Source: an uncultured delta proteobacterium
GTDB lineage: Bacteria; Desulfobacterota; Syntrophorhabdia; Syntrophorhabdales; WCHB1-27
Length of the DNA stretch: 64,000 nucleotides
Direction: 5' to 3'
Assembly: GCA_963810935.1 (NCBI GenBank)
Contig: CAWEPK010000003.1
Span: 1 to 64,000, forward strand
The translations under genes and the position numbers were made by a program. How positions within the stretch are numbered: position 1 is the first letter of the stretch; each line of letters begins with the position of its first letter. The notes under the pieces are model-generated. The model was not told where the DNA came from. It worked only from the letters and a program-made list of their open reading frames with translations, and ran no database searches. This document shows positions 1-9,880 of this stretch, one piece after another.

Positions 1-78
1 TTTTCAGAAGGCGAAGGGCGCAATAATCATGGGGTTCAAGAGCGGGAAGAGTCTCTTAATGGACGTGTAGCCTTCTTT

Positions 79-1440
79 TCAGGAAGGGGTGTTCGTCTTG
101 ACGGGGTGGGGGGGGCGGCGCCCGCGGCGGCGTTTCCCGCGTCTCCTTCTTCGTTTTTTGCCGGTTGGCCCATCGGCCGCTGCCTCCGGGGCCGGCAGGA
201 CCGGGTTGCCTGAGATAAACGCTTCCCACCATCCGAGGGCGTCCCTGTAATCCGGCGCAGTGTCTGCAGTCAGCCGGAGATACACGAGGGCCTCTGCGAA
301 TTCCGGCCTGGATGTAATCGAGGCGGGCCGCCTCGGCGGGATCCTGCGCAACGAGGCCTGAAGTGCGACTATCGCCCGCATCCTGAAGCCGACCCTGCCC
401 GGAATAGCGACCGTCTTCGACAGTTCCTTGGTAAAAGCGCCGCAAACCGCGTCCATGGCCTGCTGATAAGGAATGCCCTCGCGGTGCAGGGCAAGGGCTG
501 CCTCCTCCAGCGCGGGCCCGAAAACGGAGGCGAGAAATATCGCAAGGGAAGGCGGGTTACCTTCGCGTTGGGCCTGGTCGAGCTGCTCGAGGTTTGTTTC
601 AAGGACCGTCTGCCGCTGACTCTCTTCGCGCAGCCAGTCTTCGAGGCCGGGAAAAAGTGCGCCGAAAAGCCCGCTTTTTCCAAGGAGAGTGGCGGCAGGG
701 CGGGCGGACCCGAGGAGAAAAAGCTTCAATGCCTCCTCGTAAAGCCTTGACGGAGAGACGCGCGCGACGATCGACGACAGGCCGCAGATGCTCTCCCAGG
801 CGGTCTGTTCTATGACAAAGTCGTGGGACGCTGCGAATCGTACGGCCCGCAGCATACGCACGGGGTCTTCCGTGAACCGGACATCGGGGTCGCCTATCGT
901 GCGGATGAGGCGCTGCTTAAGATCGGCCAACCCGGTGCTGTAGTCGATGACCGACGAGTCTGCGATATCGTACGCCAGGGCGTTGATGGTGAAGTCGCGC
1001 CGCAGGGCGTCTTGTTCCGGCGTGCCGAAGACATTGTCCGCGAGGACCATTCCCGCCTCGTCCTTCAAGTGGCGCGGGAAACGGCCGGGATGGGCCGCCT
1101 CGTCCGCTTGCGCCTCGTCTGCCGGAAGGCCGGCGCCCCGGAATGTCGATACCTCCAGAATCTCGTCCTGAAAATGGAGGTGGGCGAGCCTGAAGCGGCG
1201 GCCTATGAGGCGGCAGTTGCGGAAAAGCCGCTTGATCTGGCCGGGGGTTGCGTTCGTCCCGACGTCGAAGTCCTTGGGGGTACGCCCGAGCAGCAGGTCG
1301 CGGACGCACCCGCCCACGAGGTAGGCGATAAAGCCGTGGGCCTGAAGCCGGTAAAGCGTGCGCAGGGCGTTAGGGCTTATGTTCCTTCGTGATATACGGT
1401 GTTCCTTGCGGGAGACGACTCGCGGTTCCACTCCAATCAC
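79..1440 (-). CDS. pcnB: Poly(A) polymerase I
   Basis: YLVGGCVRDLLLG..PKDFD, LIGRRFRLAH, RRDFTINAL and RFTEDPVRMLRAVRF motifs; basic C-terminal tail. Confidence 0.93.
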   Translation of the reverse strand: MIGVEPRVVSRKEHRISRRNISPNALRTLYRLQAHGFIAYLVGGCVRDLLLGRTPKDFDVGTNATPGQIKRLFRNCRLIGRRFRLAHLHFQDEILEVSTFRGAGLPADEAQADEAAHPGRFPRHLKDEAGMVLADNVFGTPEQDALRRDFTINALAYDIADSSVIDYSTGLADLKQRLIRTIGDPDVRFTEDPVRMLRAVRFAASHDFVIEQTAWESICGLSSIVARVSPSRLYEEALKLFLLGSARPAATLLGKSGLFGALFPGLEDWLREESQRQTVLETNLEQLDQAQREGNPPSLAIFLASVFGPALEEAALALHREGIPYQQAMDAVCGAFTKELSKTVAIPGRVGFRMRAIVALQASLRRIPPRRPASITSRPEFAEALVYLRLTADTAPDYRDALGWWEAFISGNPVLPAPEAAADGPTGKKRRRRRGKRRRGRRPPHPVKTNTPS

Positions 1441-1537
1441 AATATCATAACCGGCGAAAAATTAAAATCCGCTTCTACGCGGCTTCACCGGCGACGGCGC
1501 TTTCGGCAATCTCCGGCATCGTTGTGATACAGGAGCC

Positions 1538-1906
1538 CTACTTCGCTGTCTTGAAGTCTCTGACGATCCAGACAACCTTGTTTACGAGGTCCGGAAGCTC
1601 AGTCATTACGCGCCTGTATGAGAGAACTGCCGTATTCGCGCTTTCTTCGTCTCCGGCCTTCAGGATGGCGTTGAGAAGGACCCCGGCGGTCTTAAAGGCC
1701 TTGCAAGCCTCGGCATATGCCTCCTGAAACTCCCTTTTCTGGTCTTCCGTGAGGCCGGGTTCCTTCTCTTTGTAGGTCGTGACTGCGCTCTGGAGCTTAT
1801 CGCCGAACGCGAGGTACGACGTGGAATCGCGGCCCTGGAAGCCCATGGTCGCACATGATGCCAGGACCAGAAGCAAAAGACCGAACACCAGCAATCTCTT
1901 TCGCAT
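1538..1906 (-). CDS. Hypothetical lipoprotein
   Basis: AAGGAGG RBS before ATG at 1906; signal peptide MRKRLLVFGLLLLVLASC with lipobox. Confidence 0.75.
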   Translation of the reverse strand: MRKRLLVFGLLLLVLASCATMGFQGRDSTSYLAFGDKLQSAVTTYKEKEPGLTEDQKREFQEAYAEACKAFKTAGVLLNAILKAGDEESANTAVLSYRRVMTELPDLVNKVVWIVRDFKTAK

Positions 1907-2124
1907 ATATTCCTCCTTTGTTCCTGCAAGCTTTCCGGGCCGCCAGGCCCGGCCTATCCATAGCAACACGACTCTTCTTGGTCAAAACTCCCTGCAACAA
2001 TTATATATAAGCACGGTGGAAGACGCGCACCATTACGCGACGACCCGCGCCCTCAATCTTTTCATTGCTTTTGCGATGGCAGATATGAGAAAACCTTTGG
2101 CAATATGGATAGGAGGTACGGCCG

Positions 2125-3066
2125 CTGAAAGTCCGCGGAAAAATAGCCGTCTGGTCCCTGTTACTCGCCTTGTCCGCTCTTGCCCTGAGCACCCCCCTGT
2201 TTGCGCAACGAAGGGGCGGCCAGAGCAGCGGCAGCTTGTTGCCCGGGCGGGGCATGGATATGGAAAAGCTGGTCCCCCTGGAGTATGACAGCGCCCCCTT
2301 CGACATCACCCGCGCGCGGCTGCCTGTCGCATACGGCGGCCACGACATACAGGCCATTTACACCTCGGTCGAAAACCGTATGCCGCAGGCCGGGGGCGCC
2401 GGGGCGGCCGGCTTCCGGCCGGTCGTGTCGCAATCGTGGACTGTCAGGCCGGGCAGCGTCTACGCGTTTCAGGTGAAACCCTCCGATATCGACTACGACA
2501 AGCGCGAGCAGACCATATCGGCCTATTGCACGTTATGGGCGGTCCTCGCCCGGGGCGCGCCTGACATGAGGAATCTCGGCTTCAGGATCGCGTATGCCCC
2601 TACGGTGGACAACAGGTACGTCTATACTGCGCCTAATGGCAAAAAGGTCGAGATCGAAGAGCTGAAATTCCGCGAATATACTGTCGCATTCGAGAACCTT
2701 TCCGACTTCCCGGTCCAGAAGGAGCCGCTGGCGGAGGCAGAGCAGGAAAAGGGGAAATCGTTAAGCAGCCTCGATGATGCCTTAATGGTCTCCAGCATCG
2801 TCTTCGGGGCCCCGGCCGGGAAAAAGGAGGCAGAGCAATTACAGCGGAACGTCAGGCTGCTTGTCCTGTGCGCACCGGTCGAGCCGTATGTCACGTCGGA
2901 GACGGTGCAGGTGAAGCCGACGGCCGAAAAACCGGGTGAATATCTGGCCCAGCACCGGTACGTGCACGTCCGGCTGCTCCAGCTATGGGTCTATGACGCA
3001 TACAGCGGCAGGATACTGAAAAAAATCGGGCCGTCCGAAGAAGGGCGGCAGATAAACAAACCTTAA
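2125..3066 (+). CDS. Hypothetical secreted protein (probable CTG start)
   Basis: ORF 2170-3066 extends in frame to CTG at 2125 behind AGGAGGT, which restores a full signal peptide. Confidence 0.65.
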   Translation: MKVRGKIAVWSLLLALSALALSTPLFAQRRGGQSSGSLLPGRGMDMEKLVPLEYDSAPFDITRARLPVAYGGHDIQAIYTSVENRMPQAGGAGAAGFRPVVSQSWTVRPGSVYAFQVKPSDIDYDKREQTISAYCTLWAVLARGAPDMRNLGFRIAYAPTVDNRYVYTAPNGKKVEIEELKFREYTVAFENLSDFPVQKEPLAEAEQEKGKSLSSLDDALMVSSIVFGAPAGKKEAEQLQRNVRLLVLCAPVEPYVTSETVQVKPTAEKPGEYLAQHRYVHVRLLQLWVYDAYSGRILKKIGPSEEGRQINKP

Positions 3067-4109
3067 TCCTTCCGATATCCTATACCCTCTATAGACACCC
3101 GTCCCGGCGCATCTATCTCTCCCTCAACAACAATATCTGCCCCGATGAATCTTCTTACGACCCCGATATTGGTAACGAGGTGGCGTGTTATCCGCGTTGT
3201 CGTGTACTCCGAGCGCCCTTGCGCGAGGGCAAGATAGAGGACCACCTGGTCCGATATGTAAGGGTCGAGACAGCCCGGCCGCTTTATGTGGGCAAGAAGG
3301 CTGCCCGCGCTTTCCGCGCCCACAACCTCTGCCCGCTTGCCGCGCACCCCTATGGCGGAGAAGCCTGCCGGGCACGCGCCCTCGGTTTTCAGGAAAAGAA
3401 ATGTGCCGCGGCCGGGGGAAGGCACGGAAACTACGCCGATTTCCGCATCGATATTCGCATTCTCAAGCATCGAGGCAGCCGACGCCCTCTGCCTTTCCGC
3501 AATAGAAAGGGGCAGGTTGGCGACGGCCGAGGTCCCCCTGACTGCCGATACGCCCTTTTGCCCGGCAAGCGAAAGCGGGGCGAGGGCACGTCCGGCGCAA
3601 GGTTCGATATGCGCCTCGACGCGCCCGCCGCCTTTGGGGTAGAAGCCGTAGGGACCGACCGAGCAGGTGAGCCGGACGCCCATCAGTGCGAGAATGGGAA
3701 AGAACACCTGCTCGATGAAGTCGAAAGGCGGGCTGATGGGCACATGGGTGCCTCCAGTAATAGCAAGGTGGGAACGGCCCCCCGCGAAAAGCAGGGGAGG
3801 GATGAGCGCCTGAAGGACAAGGGATACGGCGCCGGCAGTCCCGATATCGAAGCTGTATTCGCCGGGCTTTGTCATGTGAGGCCGGAAGAGAAGCTCCGGC
3901 GAGCCGATGCGGGCCCCCTCGACAGCGGCCCCGCTGATAGCTGCTGCTGCCTGCACTGCCGCGAGGTGCTGCGGCCGCAGCCCCGGTTTCGGCCTTTTCA
4001 TGCGGATATTATGTATACGGAAGGGGGTGCAGGTCAGGGCGGAGAGGCTCAACGAGGTCCTTACTATCTGGCCCCCTCCCTCGCCCGTACCCCCGTCTAT
4101 CTCCAGCAT
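3063..4109 (-). CDS. rtcA: RNA 3'-terminal phosphate cyclase
   Basis: IDGGTGEGGGQIVRT, RPKPGLRPQHL, GGTHV and GFYPKGGG motifs. Confidence 0.92.
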   Translation of the reverse strand: MLEIDGGTGEGGGQIVRTSLSLSALTCTPFRIHNIRMKRPKPGLRPQHLAAVQAAAAISGAAVEGARIGSPELLFRPHMTKPGEYSFDIGTAGAVSLVLQALIPPLLFAGGRSHLAITGGTHVPISPPFDFIEQVFFPILALMGVRLTCSVGPYGFYPKGGGRVEAHIEPCAGRALAPLSLAGQKGVSAVRGTSAVANLPLSIAERQRASAASMLENANIDAEIGVVSVPSPGRGTFLFLKTEGACPAGFSAIGVRGKRAEVVGAESAGSLLAHIKRPGCLDPYISDQVVLYLALAQGRSEYTTTRITRHLVTNIGVVRRFIGADIVVEGEIDAPGRVSIEGIGYRKD

Positions 4110-4227
4110 CGCCCCTCCAAAAGTGCGCCCGCATCGCCTGCGCGGGCCGCCGTAGGCCTATCCGCAATTATTGTATGCATTTACAATTCCTTTTAAAAGT
4201 CATATAATGTTTACTCATTTTGCTTAT

Positions 4228-5628
4228 ATGGCCCACGTAATGATCATCGATGACGATGTGGTCATGTGCGACATGCTCTCAAGCATGGTGCATAGGACAG
4301 GTCACGATGCCCAATCGGCGCATACCCTGACCGACGGGATGAGGCAGCTTTCCAAAGACAGCTTCGACATAGTCTTCCTCGATATCCGCATGCCTGACGG
4401 CTCAGGCCTGGACATCCTTCCCAAGATAAGAGAGATAAGCCCCCCTCCCGAGGTTATCATAATGACCGGCTATGGAGACCCGGACGGGGCGGAGCTTGCC
4501 ATCAAGAACGGGGCATGGGACTACATAGAGAAGCCGTCATCGATAAAGGAGATGATGCTCCCCTTCTTAAGGGCATTGCAGTACAGGGAAGAAAAGAGGG
4601 CAAGGAAGCCTGCGGTTGCCTTGAAGTGGGAGGGCATCATAGGCTCCTCCCCCAGGATGCGAAGCTGCTTCGATGTTTTAGCCCAGGCGGCAAACTCCGA
4701 CGCCTCGGTCTTAATCATAGGGGAGACGGGCACAGGCAAGGAGTTGTTCGCCAGGGCCATACACGAGAACTCCCCGAGGGCCAATAAGAACTTCGTTGTC
4801 GTAGACTGCACAGCCTTGCCTAAGACACTGGTAGAGAGCACCCTGTTCGGCTATGAGAAGGGGGCCTTCACAGGGGCCGATAAGGACCAGGACGGCCTTG
4901 TCAGGCAGGCGCACGGGGGCACCCTCTTCTTAGATGAGGTGGGAGAGCTGCCCCCTGTCATACAGAAGGCCTTCTTAAGGGTATTGCAGGAGCACAGGTT
5001 CAGGCCCGTCGGCTCGAAGAAGGAGATAGAGTCGGACTTCAGGCTGGTGGCTGCTACGAACAGGAACCTGGATGAGATGGTCGAGTCCCACCACTTCAGG
5101 AGGGACCTTCTCTTCCGTCTCCAGACCTTTACCATAGACCTGCCCCCTCTAAGGGAGAGGAAGGAAGATATAAGGGAGCTTGTCATGTACCACATGGCAA
5201 AGCTCTCCGAGAGATACGGCATAGGGACCAAGGGGTTTGCGCCTGAGTTTTTGGACTCCCTGTCTACCTATGAGTGGCCGGGGAACGTGCGGGAGCTGGT
5301 AAATGCTATAGAAAGGGCCCTTACCATGGCAAGGCATGAGCCTACCTTGTTCCCCAAGCACCTGCCTACCCATATAAGAGTGAGCCTGGCAAGGGCGTCT
5401 GTGACCAAAGAGACCCACCTGCCTGCTAAAGAGAGTGCCCCTTCTTCACCCCTTCCTCCTTTGAAGGGGTTCAGGGAGTCTGCCTTACAAGAGGCGGAAA
5501 GGCAGTACCTTGAAGACCTTATGAGCATAGCGGGCAGCAACATAAGGGAAGCCTGCAGGATATCCGGGCTGTCCAGGCCCAGGCTCTATGCACTTATGAA
5601 GAAGTATAGGATAACCAGGTATGGGTAG
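4228..5628 (+). CDS. Sigma-54-dependent response regulator (REC-AAA+-Fis HTH)
   Basis: REC IIDDD/LDIRMPD; GETGTGKE; GAFTGA; LFLDEVGE; WPGNVREL; C-terminal HTH. Confidence 0.93.
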   Translation: MAHVMIIDDDVVMCDMLSSMVHRTGHDAQSAHTLTDGMRQLSKDSFDIVFLDIRMPDGSGLDILPKIREISPPPEVIIMTGYGDPDGAELAIKNGAWDYIEKPSSIKEMMLPFLRALQYREEKRARKPAVALKWEGIIGSSPRMRSCFDVLAQAANSDASVLIIGETGTGKELFARAIHENSPRANKNFVVVDCTALPKTLVESTLFGYEKGAFTGADKDQDGLVRQAHGGTLFLDEVGELPPVIQKAFLRVLQEHRFRPVGSKKEIESDFRLVAATNRNLDEMVESHHFRRDLLFRLQTFTIDLPPLRERKEDIRELVMYHMAKLSERYGIGTKGFAPEFLDSLSTYEWPGNVRELVNAIERALTMARHEPTLFPKHLPTHIRVSLARASVTKETHLPAKESAPSSPLPPLKGFRESALQEAERQYLEDLMSIAGSNIREACRISGLSRPRLYALMKKYRITRYG

Positions 5629-5730
5629 GGGCGGAATATGCGGGAAGCTGCGACGGCAGGCCGGTCTTTCATGCGGCAAACAGGCGATTTCTCTTTACAG
5701 GCGCGCCGTCGTCGGATATAGTTGAGCGTC

Positions 5731-6336
5731 ATGACACGCAGCAGGAGAAGAGGTCGCGGACGTCCCAAGCCGCCTTCCGGCCAGCAGGAGGGCGCGAAGA
5801 CCCCTCATGGCCCGCCGCCCGCGCGCGAGGCTGCCCACGGCAACAAAGGGCAGCAGATGCCTCCCATGCTCCGGATTACCCTGGAAAGGGCGACTGACAT
5901 GGTAAAAAGGGAGTTGGGCGAGCGCGGCCGGGTGGCCCCTACAGCGGTCTTCGGATACCAGGTAGAAGCCGGGCCCGGGGATGAGCCCGTCCATATTTTC
6001 AAGGCCGTGTCGCTTGCCTGGCGGACCGAGCTTCAGAAAGAGGCCGTGCGGAAAAGGGTCCGGGAGAAGGCGGCAGCCGAGGGCGCGGCTGCCCTGGTTG
6101 TCCTGACGCGGGCGGCCGGCGACGGCCCCCGCACCCGACAGAAGGAAAGCCCCGAGCTAAAGGGCACCCTCGTCTTCACAGGGGCCGTCGCCGGGGCCAG
6201 GGGTGTGGCACGCGTCGATTTTGTCCTCCAGAAGGAGGCGGGCCAATTCACCTCGTGGGACGTGCGCGTTTCGTCCGAAGCGCTCGAGAACTTCTTTCTT
6301 AACGGGATCTTCCCGGCTCCGCGGCAGACCCGGTAG
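5731..6336 (+). CDS. Hypothetical protein with basic low-complexity N-terminus
   Basis: Open frame filling the gap between co-oriented genes; no family recognised. Confidence 0.55.
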   Translation: MTRSRRRGRGRPKPPSGQQEGAKTPHGPPPAREAAHGNKGQQMPPMLRITLERATDMVKRELGERGRVAPTAVFGYQVEAGPGDEPVHIFKAVSLAWRTELQKEAVRKRVREKAAAEGAAALVVLTRAAGDGPRTRQKESPELKGTLVFTGAVAGARGVARVDFVLQKEAGQFTSWDVRVSSEALENFFLNGIFPAPRQTR

Positions 6337-6354
6337 GCGAATCCGCGGCAGTGC

Positions 6355-7032
6355 ATGCAAAAACCAATGACTGAAAAATGGGGCGTTTTGGTCGTAGACC
6401 TCCAGGGTGATTTCACTGAGTGGAAAGGAGGGTCTCTCGCCGTGCCGGGAACCGGGCCGGACTATATAAAGAGTGTCGAGAAGTCGACGCGCCTGCTGAA
6501 AGAAAAGGGCCTTCCGATATTCGGCTCCCAGGACTGGCACCCCGCCGATCATTTATCCTTCGTCACGAGCCATCCCGGCAGAAAACCCTTCGACACGATC
6601 CTCATCGCCGGCAGGGAGCAGGTGCTCTGGCCTCCCCATTGCGTCGCCGGGACCGAAAACGCCCGCATCCTTGTAGATAACAGCCTGTTTTCAGGGATTG
6701 TCAAAAAGGCTGAAGACCCGGCCTTAGAGGGTTACTCAGCATTCCGGGACGAATCCGGTAAAAAGACCGGGCTCGACGACATGCTAAAGACAAACGGAAT
6801 CACTCATCTTTTTGTCTACGGCCTGGCGACCGACTACTGTGTGCAGGCAACCGCCCTGGACGCAGTCGTTGCCGGGTACCGCGTCTGCCTCGTAGAAGAC
6901 CTTTGCAGGGGCATCAGCCCGGCGGCAACCGCGGAGGCCCTCGACCGCTTGAGGCGCGGCGGTGTGGCGGTCATAAAATCCGTCGAGGAAGCGCTTAGGG
7001 TCGCTGCGGGGACCAATGACCCTGTCGAATAA
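6355..7032 (+). CDS. pncA: Nicotinamidase/pyrazinamidase
   Basis: VVDLQGDF, QDWHPADH.SF, LWPPHCV, GYSAF and GLATDYCV motifs. Confidence 0.9.
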   Translation: MQKPMTEKWGVLVVDLQGDFTEWKGGSLAVPGTGPDYIKSVEKSTRLLKEKGLPIFGSQDWHPADHLSFVTSHPGRKPFDTILIAGREQVLWPPHCVAGTENARILVDNSLFSGIVKKAEDPALEGYSAFRDESGKKTGLDDMLKTNGITHLFVYGLATDYCVQATALDAVVAGYRVCLVEDLCRGISPAATAEALDRLRRGGVAVIKSVEEALRVAAGTNDPVE

Positions 7033-7140
7033 CCGACCTCTTTGTTGCCGCTACTTTGAGTCCCGGCGCTCCGTATTGTATCCCGCTTCCTGTTCTGGTA
7101 CTCTAATAAGAGAGAATTATTCCCTTTCGGAGGTCCTCAG

Positions 7141-8049
7141 ATGTCGCTTCTTTCCGCCATCGGAAATACACCCCTCATTGAGCTGATGCAGGTAAACGGC
7201 AACGGCGGGGTGCGTATATTCGCCAAGCTCGAAGGCTGCAACCCCGGCGGGTCGGTCAAGGACCGGCCGGCCTATTCGATGATAAAGAGGGCGGAGAATA
7301 AAGGGGATTTGACCCGTGACAAGATCATCCTCGAGCCGACGTCGGGCAACACAGGGATCGCCCTTGCCATGATAGCCGCCGCTAAGGGGTACAAAATAAA
7401 GCTGTTTATGCCGGAGTGCGTCAGCTCGGAGAGGCGCATCATCCTGGAGGCCCTGGGCGCGGAGGTGCTCCTGACCCCCGCGAAGGAGGGCACGGACGGC
7501 GCCATCCGGAGGGCGCACGAGCTTAACGACGCAGAGGCCGGCAAGTACTACATGCCGAATCAGTACGACAATGAGGCCAATGTGCTCGCCCACTATGAGA
7601 CGACCGGACCCGAGATTTACGAGCAGACGCGAGGTGAAGTGGACGTTTTCGTCGCAGGTATGGGTACTGGCGGGACGCTCATGGGCACGGGGAAGTACCT
7701 GAAAGAGAAAAAACGGGGCGTCAGGGTGGTGGGCGTAGAGCCGACGCTCGGCCACGCCATACAGGGCCTCAAGAATATGCACGAATCGATTGTCCCGAAG
7801 ATCTACCACCCCGAGGAGCTGGATGAGAAGATCGTCGTCGAGGACGGCGAGGCCTTCGAGATGTCGCGGGACTTGGCGCGGAATGAAGGCATATTTGTCG
7901 GCATGTCGAGCGGGGCGGCGGTCGTCGGCGCCCTTAAAGTAGCCCGGACAATGAAGAAGGGCACGATCGTTGTCATACTACCCGACCGTGGGGACCGCTA
8001 CCTGAGCGTCATGCAGTTCAGGTCGATCTGCGCGAAATGCCCGCCGTAG
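7141..8049 (+). CDS. cysM: PLP-dependent cysteine synthase (CysK/CysM family) with C-terminal CAKCPP
   Basis: IGNTPL, KLEGCNPGGSVKDR, EPTSGNTG, GMGTGGT, GMSSGAA and PDRGDRYLS motifs. Confidence 0.88.
   Translation: MSLLSAIGNTPLIELMQVNGNGGVRIFAKLEGCNPGGSVKDRPAYSMIKRAENKGDLTRDKIILEPTSGNTGIALAMIAAAKGYKIKLFMPECVSSERRIILEALGAEVLLTPAKEGTDGAIRRAHELNDAEAGKYYMPNQYDNEANVLAHYETTGPEIYEQTRGEVDVFVAGMGTGGTLMGTGKYLKEKKRGVRVVGVEPTLGHAIQGLKNMHESIVPKIYHPEELDEKIVVEDGEAFEMSRDLARNEGIFVGMSSGAAVVGALKVARTMKKGTIVVILPDRGDRYLSVMQFRSICAKCPP
8003..8048 (+). repeat. attL-like 46-bp direct repeat (3' end of cysM)
   Basis: TGAGCGTCATGCAGTTCAGGTCGATCTGCGCGAAATGCCCGCCGTA, identical to 16556-16601. Confidence 0.93.
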
Positions 8050-9199
8050 AAATCTTATTTAATTGCAAGGTGTTAGAGGCAGTAGCCGATACCTTTATTG
8101 CAGACGATTGAAAGGTTTCTAACGGATTTCTAACGCAGTCAAGTTTCAACTCCAAGAGTCCTACCTGTTGTTTTGTGAAGCCTTCATCCTGAAACAAATG
8201 CCCGTAGGTATCAAGGGTTATCTTGATGGAGGCATGACCTAGTTGGGTTGACAGATACTTAATGTTCTGGCCAGCCGCAATCCTTAACGAAGCATTTGAA
8301 TGACGTAGGGAATGGAAGGATACCTGCCTCATCCCCGCCCTTCTCAACAATGGACGAAAATATCTGTTCATAACGTTCTCATGGTTAACCCTATGGCCTT
8401 CGGGTGATGGGAATACCAAATCGTCGATAGAGATAGGACAGGCCAGTTTCCACTTCTTCAGTTCGGTCAGCAACCTTTCGGAGATATCAACTTTCCTTAT
8501 AGCTGTTTTAGTCTTCGGGAACTGAAAGCTCCCCCTCCACAATGAACGAACTACATGGATTTTGCCAACTTCCCAATCAATGTCTCTCCATTGTAGCCCC
8601 CATAGTTCGCCAGCCCGTAAACCTGTTTCAATAGCGGTTCTAAATGCAACGTTATAGGGATTGGTCTCTTGCCCTGCCTGGGAAAGCATTCGGCTAATCT
8701 CATCCGGTTCAAGTAAATCTATTTCAGGTTTGGCGTACTTGGGCCGGTCAATGCTCAGGGCGGGATCATTTTGGAGATATCCCCACTTAAGGGCATGACG
8801 AAAAAATAGCTTGATAAGCATAATATCACTTTGAATCGTGTGGGTAGATACCTTTTTCAGCCTGTTTACAATGTACATCTGTAGCTGCTTTGTGGTGATA
8901 TCTGACAGTCTTTTTCCCTCAAAAGCTTTTGTAAACTCTTTCATCATGTCCTTGTAATGTTTTTGAGTGGACGGCTTGAGACTAGCTTCCACGTGCATTC
9001 CAATCCAAAGCTTGCTATATTCCTCAAAGGTTGTTTTAGGAATATCTTTATATGTACCGTTATCTATGTCGCCCAACTTATCTGTTAGAACTTTTTCGGC
9101 ATCCTTTTTTGTGGTCCCTCCTTTGAACCACTTTCTTTTCAGGCCAACAGCAACCACAGCATAATAGATGCGTCCCTTTTTTTGAATAGAACCTCTCAT
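8018..9199 (-). CDS. int: Tyrosine recombinase (phage integrase family)
   Basis: TGLRAGELWGLQW, KTK, FHSLRH and LGHASIKITLDTYGH catalytic motifs; N-terminal arm-binding-like segment. Confidence 0.95.
   Translation of the reverse strand: MRGSIQKKGRIYYAVVAVGLKRKWFKGGTTKKDAEKVLTDKLGDIDNGTYKDIPKTTFEEYSKLWIGMHVEASLKPSTQKHYKDMMKEFTKAFEGKRLSDITTKQLQMYIVNRLKKVSTHTIQSDIMLIKLFFRHALKWGYLQNDPALSIDRPKYAKPEIDLLEPDEISRMLSQAGQETNPYNVAFRTAIETGLRAGELWGLQWRDIDWEVGKIHVVRSLWRGSFQFPKTKTAIRKVDISERLLTELKKWKLACPISIDDLVFPSPEGHRVNHENVMNRYFRPLLRRAGMRQVSFHSLRHSNASLRIAAGQNIKYLSTQLGHASIKITLDTYGHLFQDEGFTKQQVGLLELKLDCVRNPLETFQSSAIKVSATASNTLQLNKISTAGISRRST
8116..8135 (+). repeat. Tandem TTTCTAACG pair, candidate integrase arm-type site
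   Basis: TTTCTAACGG-A-TTTCTAACG; recurs at 9580 and 16406. Confidence 0.65.
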
Positions 9200-9444
9200 T
9201 CTTCCTCCTTCTTCTGTTTCGTCCCAGTTTTCCTATTTGCCCGTACTTCTTTCTTGCCTCCACCTCCTTCCTTATCATCAATAAATAATCTCAAGTTTTC
9301 CTCAGTGATGAAATACCGCTTGCCGATCTTCTTTCCCCTGAGTTTGCCGCTGTTGAACCAATCCCGAATGATACGGGAATTAACGTCGAAAAGCTCATGC
9401 AGGTCGTCTACATCATAGAGTTTTATGTCTCCTAGCTGCCGCAT
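9196..9444 (-). CDS. Excisionase-like HTH protein
   Basis: LYDVDDLHELFDVNSRIIRDW...GKLRGKKIGKRYFI; overlaps the int start by 4 nt. Confidence 0.8.
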   Translation of the reverse strand: MRQLGDIKLYDVDDLHELFDVNSRIIRDWFNSGKLRGKKIGKRYFITEENLRLFIDDKEGGGGKKEVRANRKTGTKQKKEEE

Positions 9445-9469
9445 CGGTTCTCAATTCCTCCTTGTTGAT

Positions 9470-9498
9470 ATTATATGTATATGACATGTATATATCAA
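9470..9498 (-). promoter_or_regulatory. Sigma-70-like promoter of xis-int inside an imperfect palindrome
   Basis: TTGATA-17nt-TATAAT on the minus strand; flanked by inverted TTGATAT...ATATCAA. Confidence 0.6.
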
Positions 9499-9579
9499 GC
9501 AAAAACGTGTAGACGACCTGCATTTTTATAGTATTACTGTCGGACTTTAAATTGAATGATATTAATATGTTCGTTAATG

Positions 9580-9600
9580 TTTCTAACGGCTTTCTAACGG
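9580..9600 (+). repeat. Tandem TTTCTAACGG pair, candidate arm-type site
   Basis: TTTCTAACGG-C-TTTCTAACGG. Confidence 0.6.
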
Positions 9601-9607
9601 GTCTCAG

Positions 9608-9880
9608 TTACGGGCTTGTTATCCATTCTGTGATCGCTTTTCTAGAGAATCGAAGAGACTTACCGGCTTTCATAAAAGGAAAGCCACCTACGCCATGTGA
9701 TGAATTGTGGACCCATTGATAGATTTGTCCTTTGCTTTTACCCAGCATCTTGGATACGCCGTCAATGTCCATCAATTCTTCTTCATCGTTGTCCTGATTC
9801 TGGTTTAGATAGGGCTTCATCATCATTACAACCGCCTCCGCTATCCGCTTGATGTCATCTGCTTCTATCTCCGTCTTCAT
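9608..9880 (-). CDS. Excisionase/AlpA-like HTH protein
   Basis: LMDIDGVSKMLGKSKGQIYQWV...FPFMKAGKSLRF. Confidence 0.8.
   Translation of the reverse strand: MKTEIEADDIKRIAEAVVMMMKPYLNQNQDNDEEELMDIDGVSKMLGKSKGQIYQWVHNSSHGVGGFPFMKAGKSLRFSRKAITEWITSP

Noticed and set aside
4228..5628. RtcR assignment
   Set aside because: The N-terminus is a receiver domain, not CARF; no rtcB or clear sigma-54 promoter before rtcA
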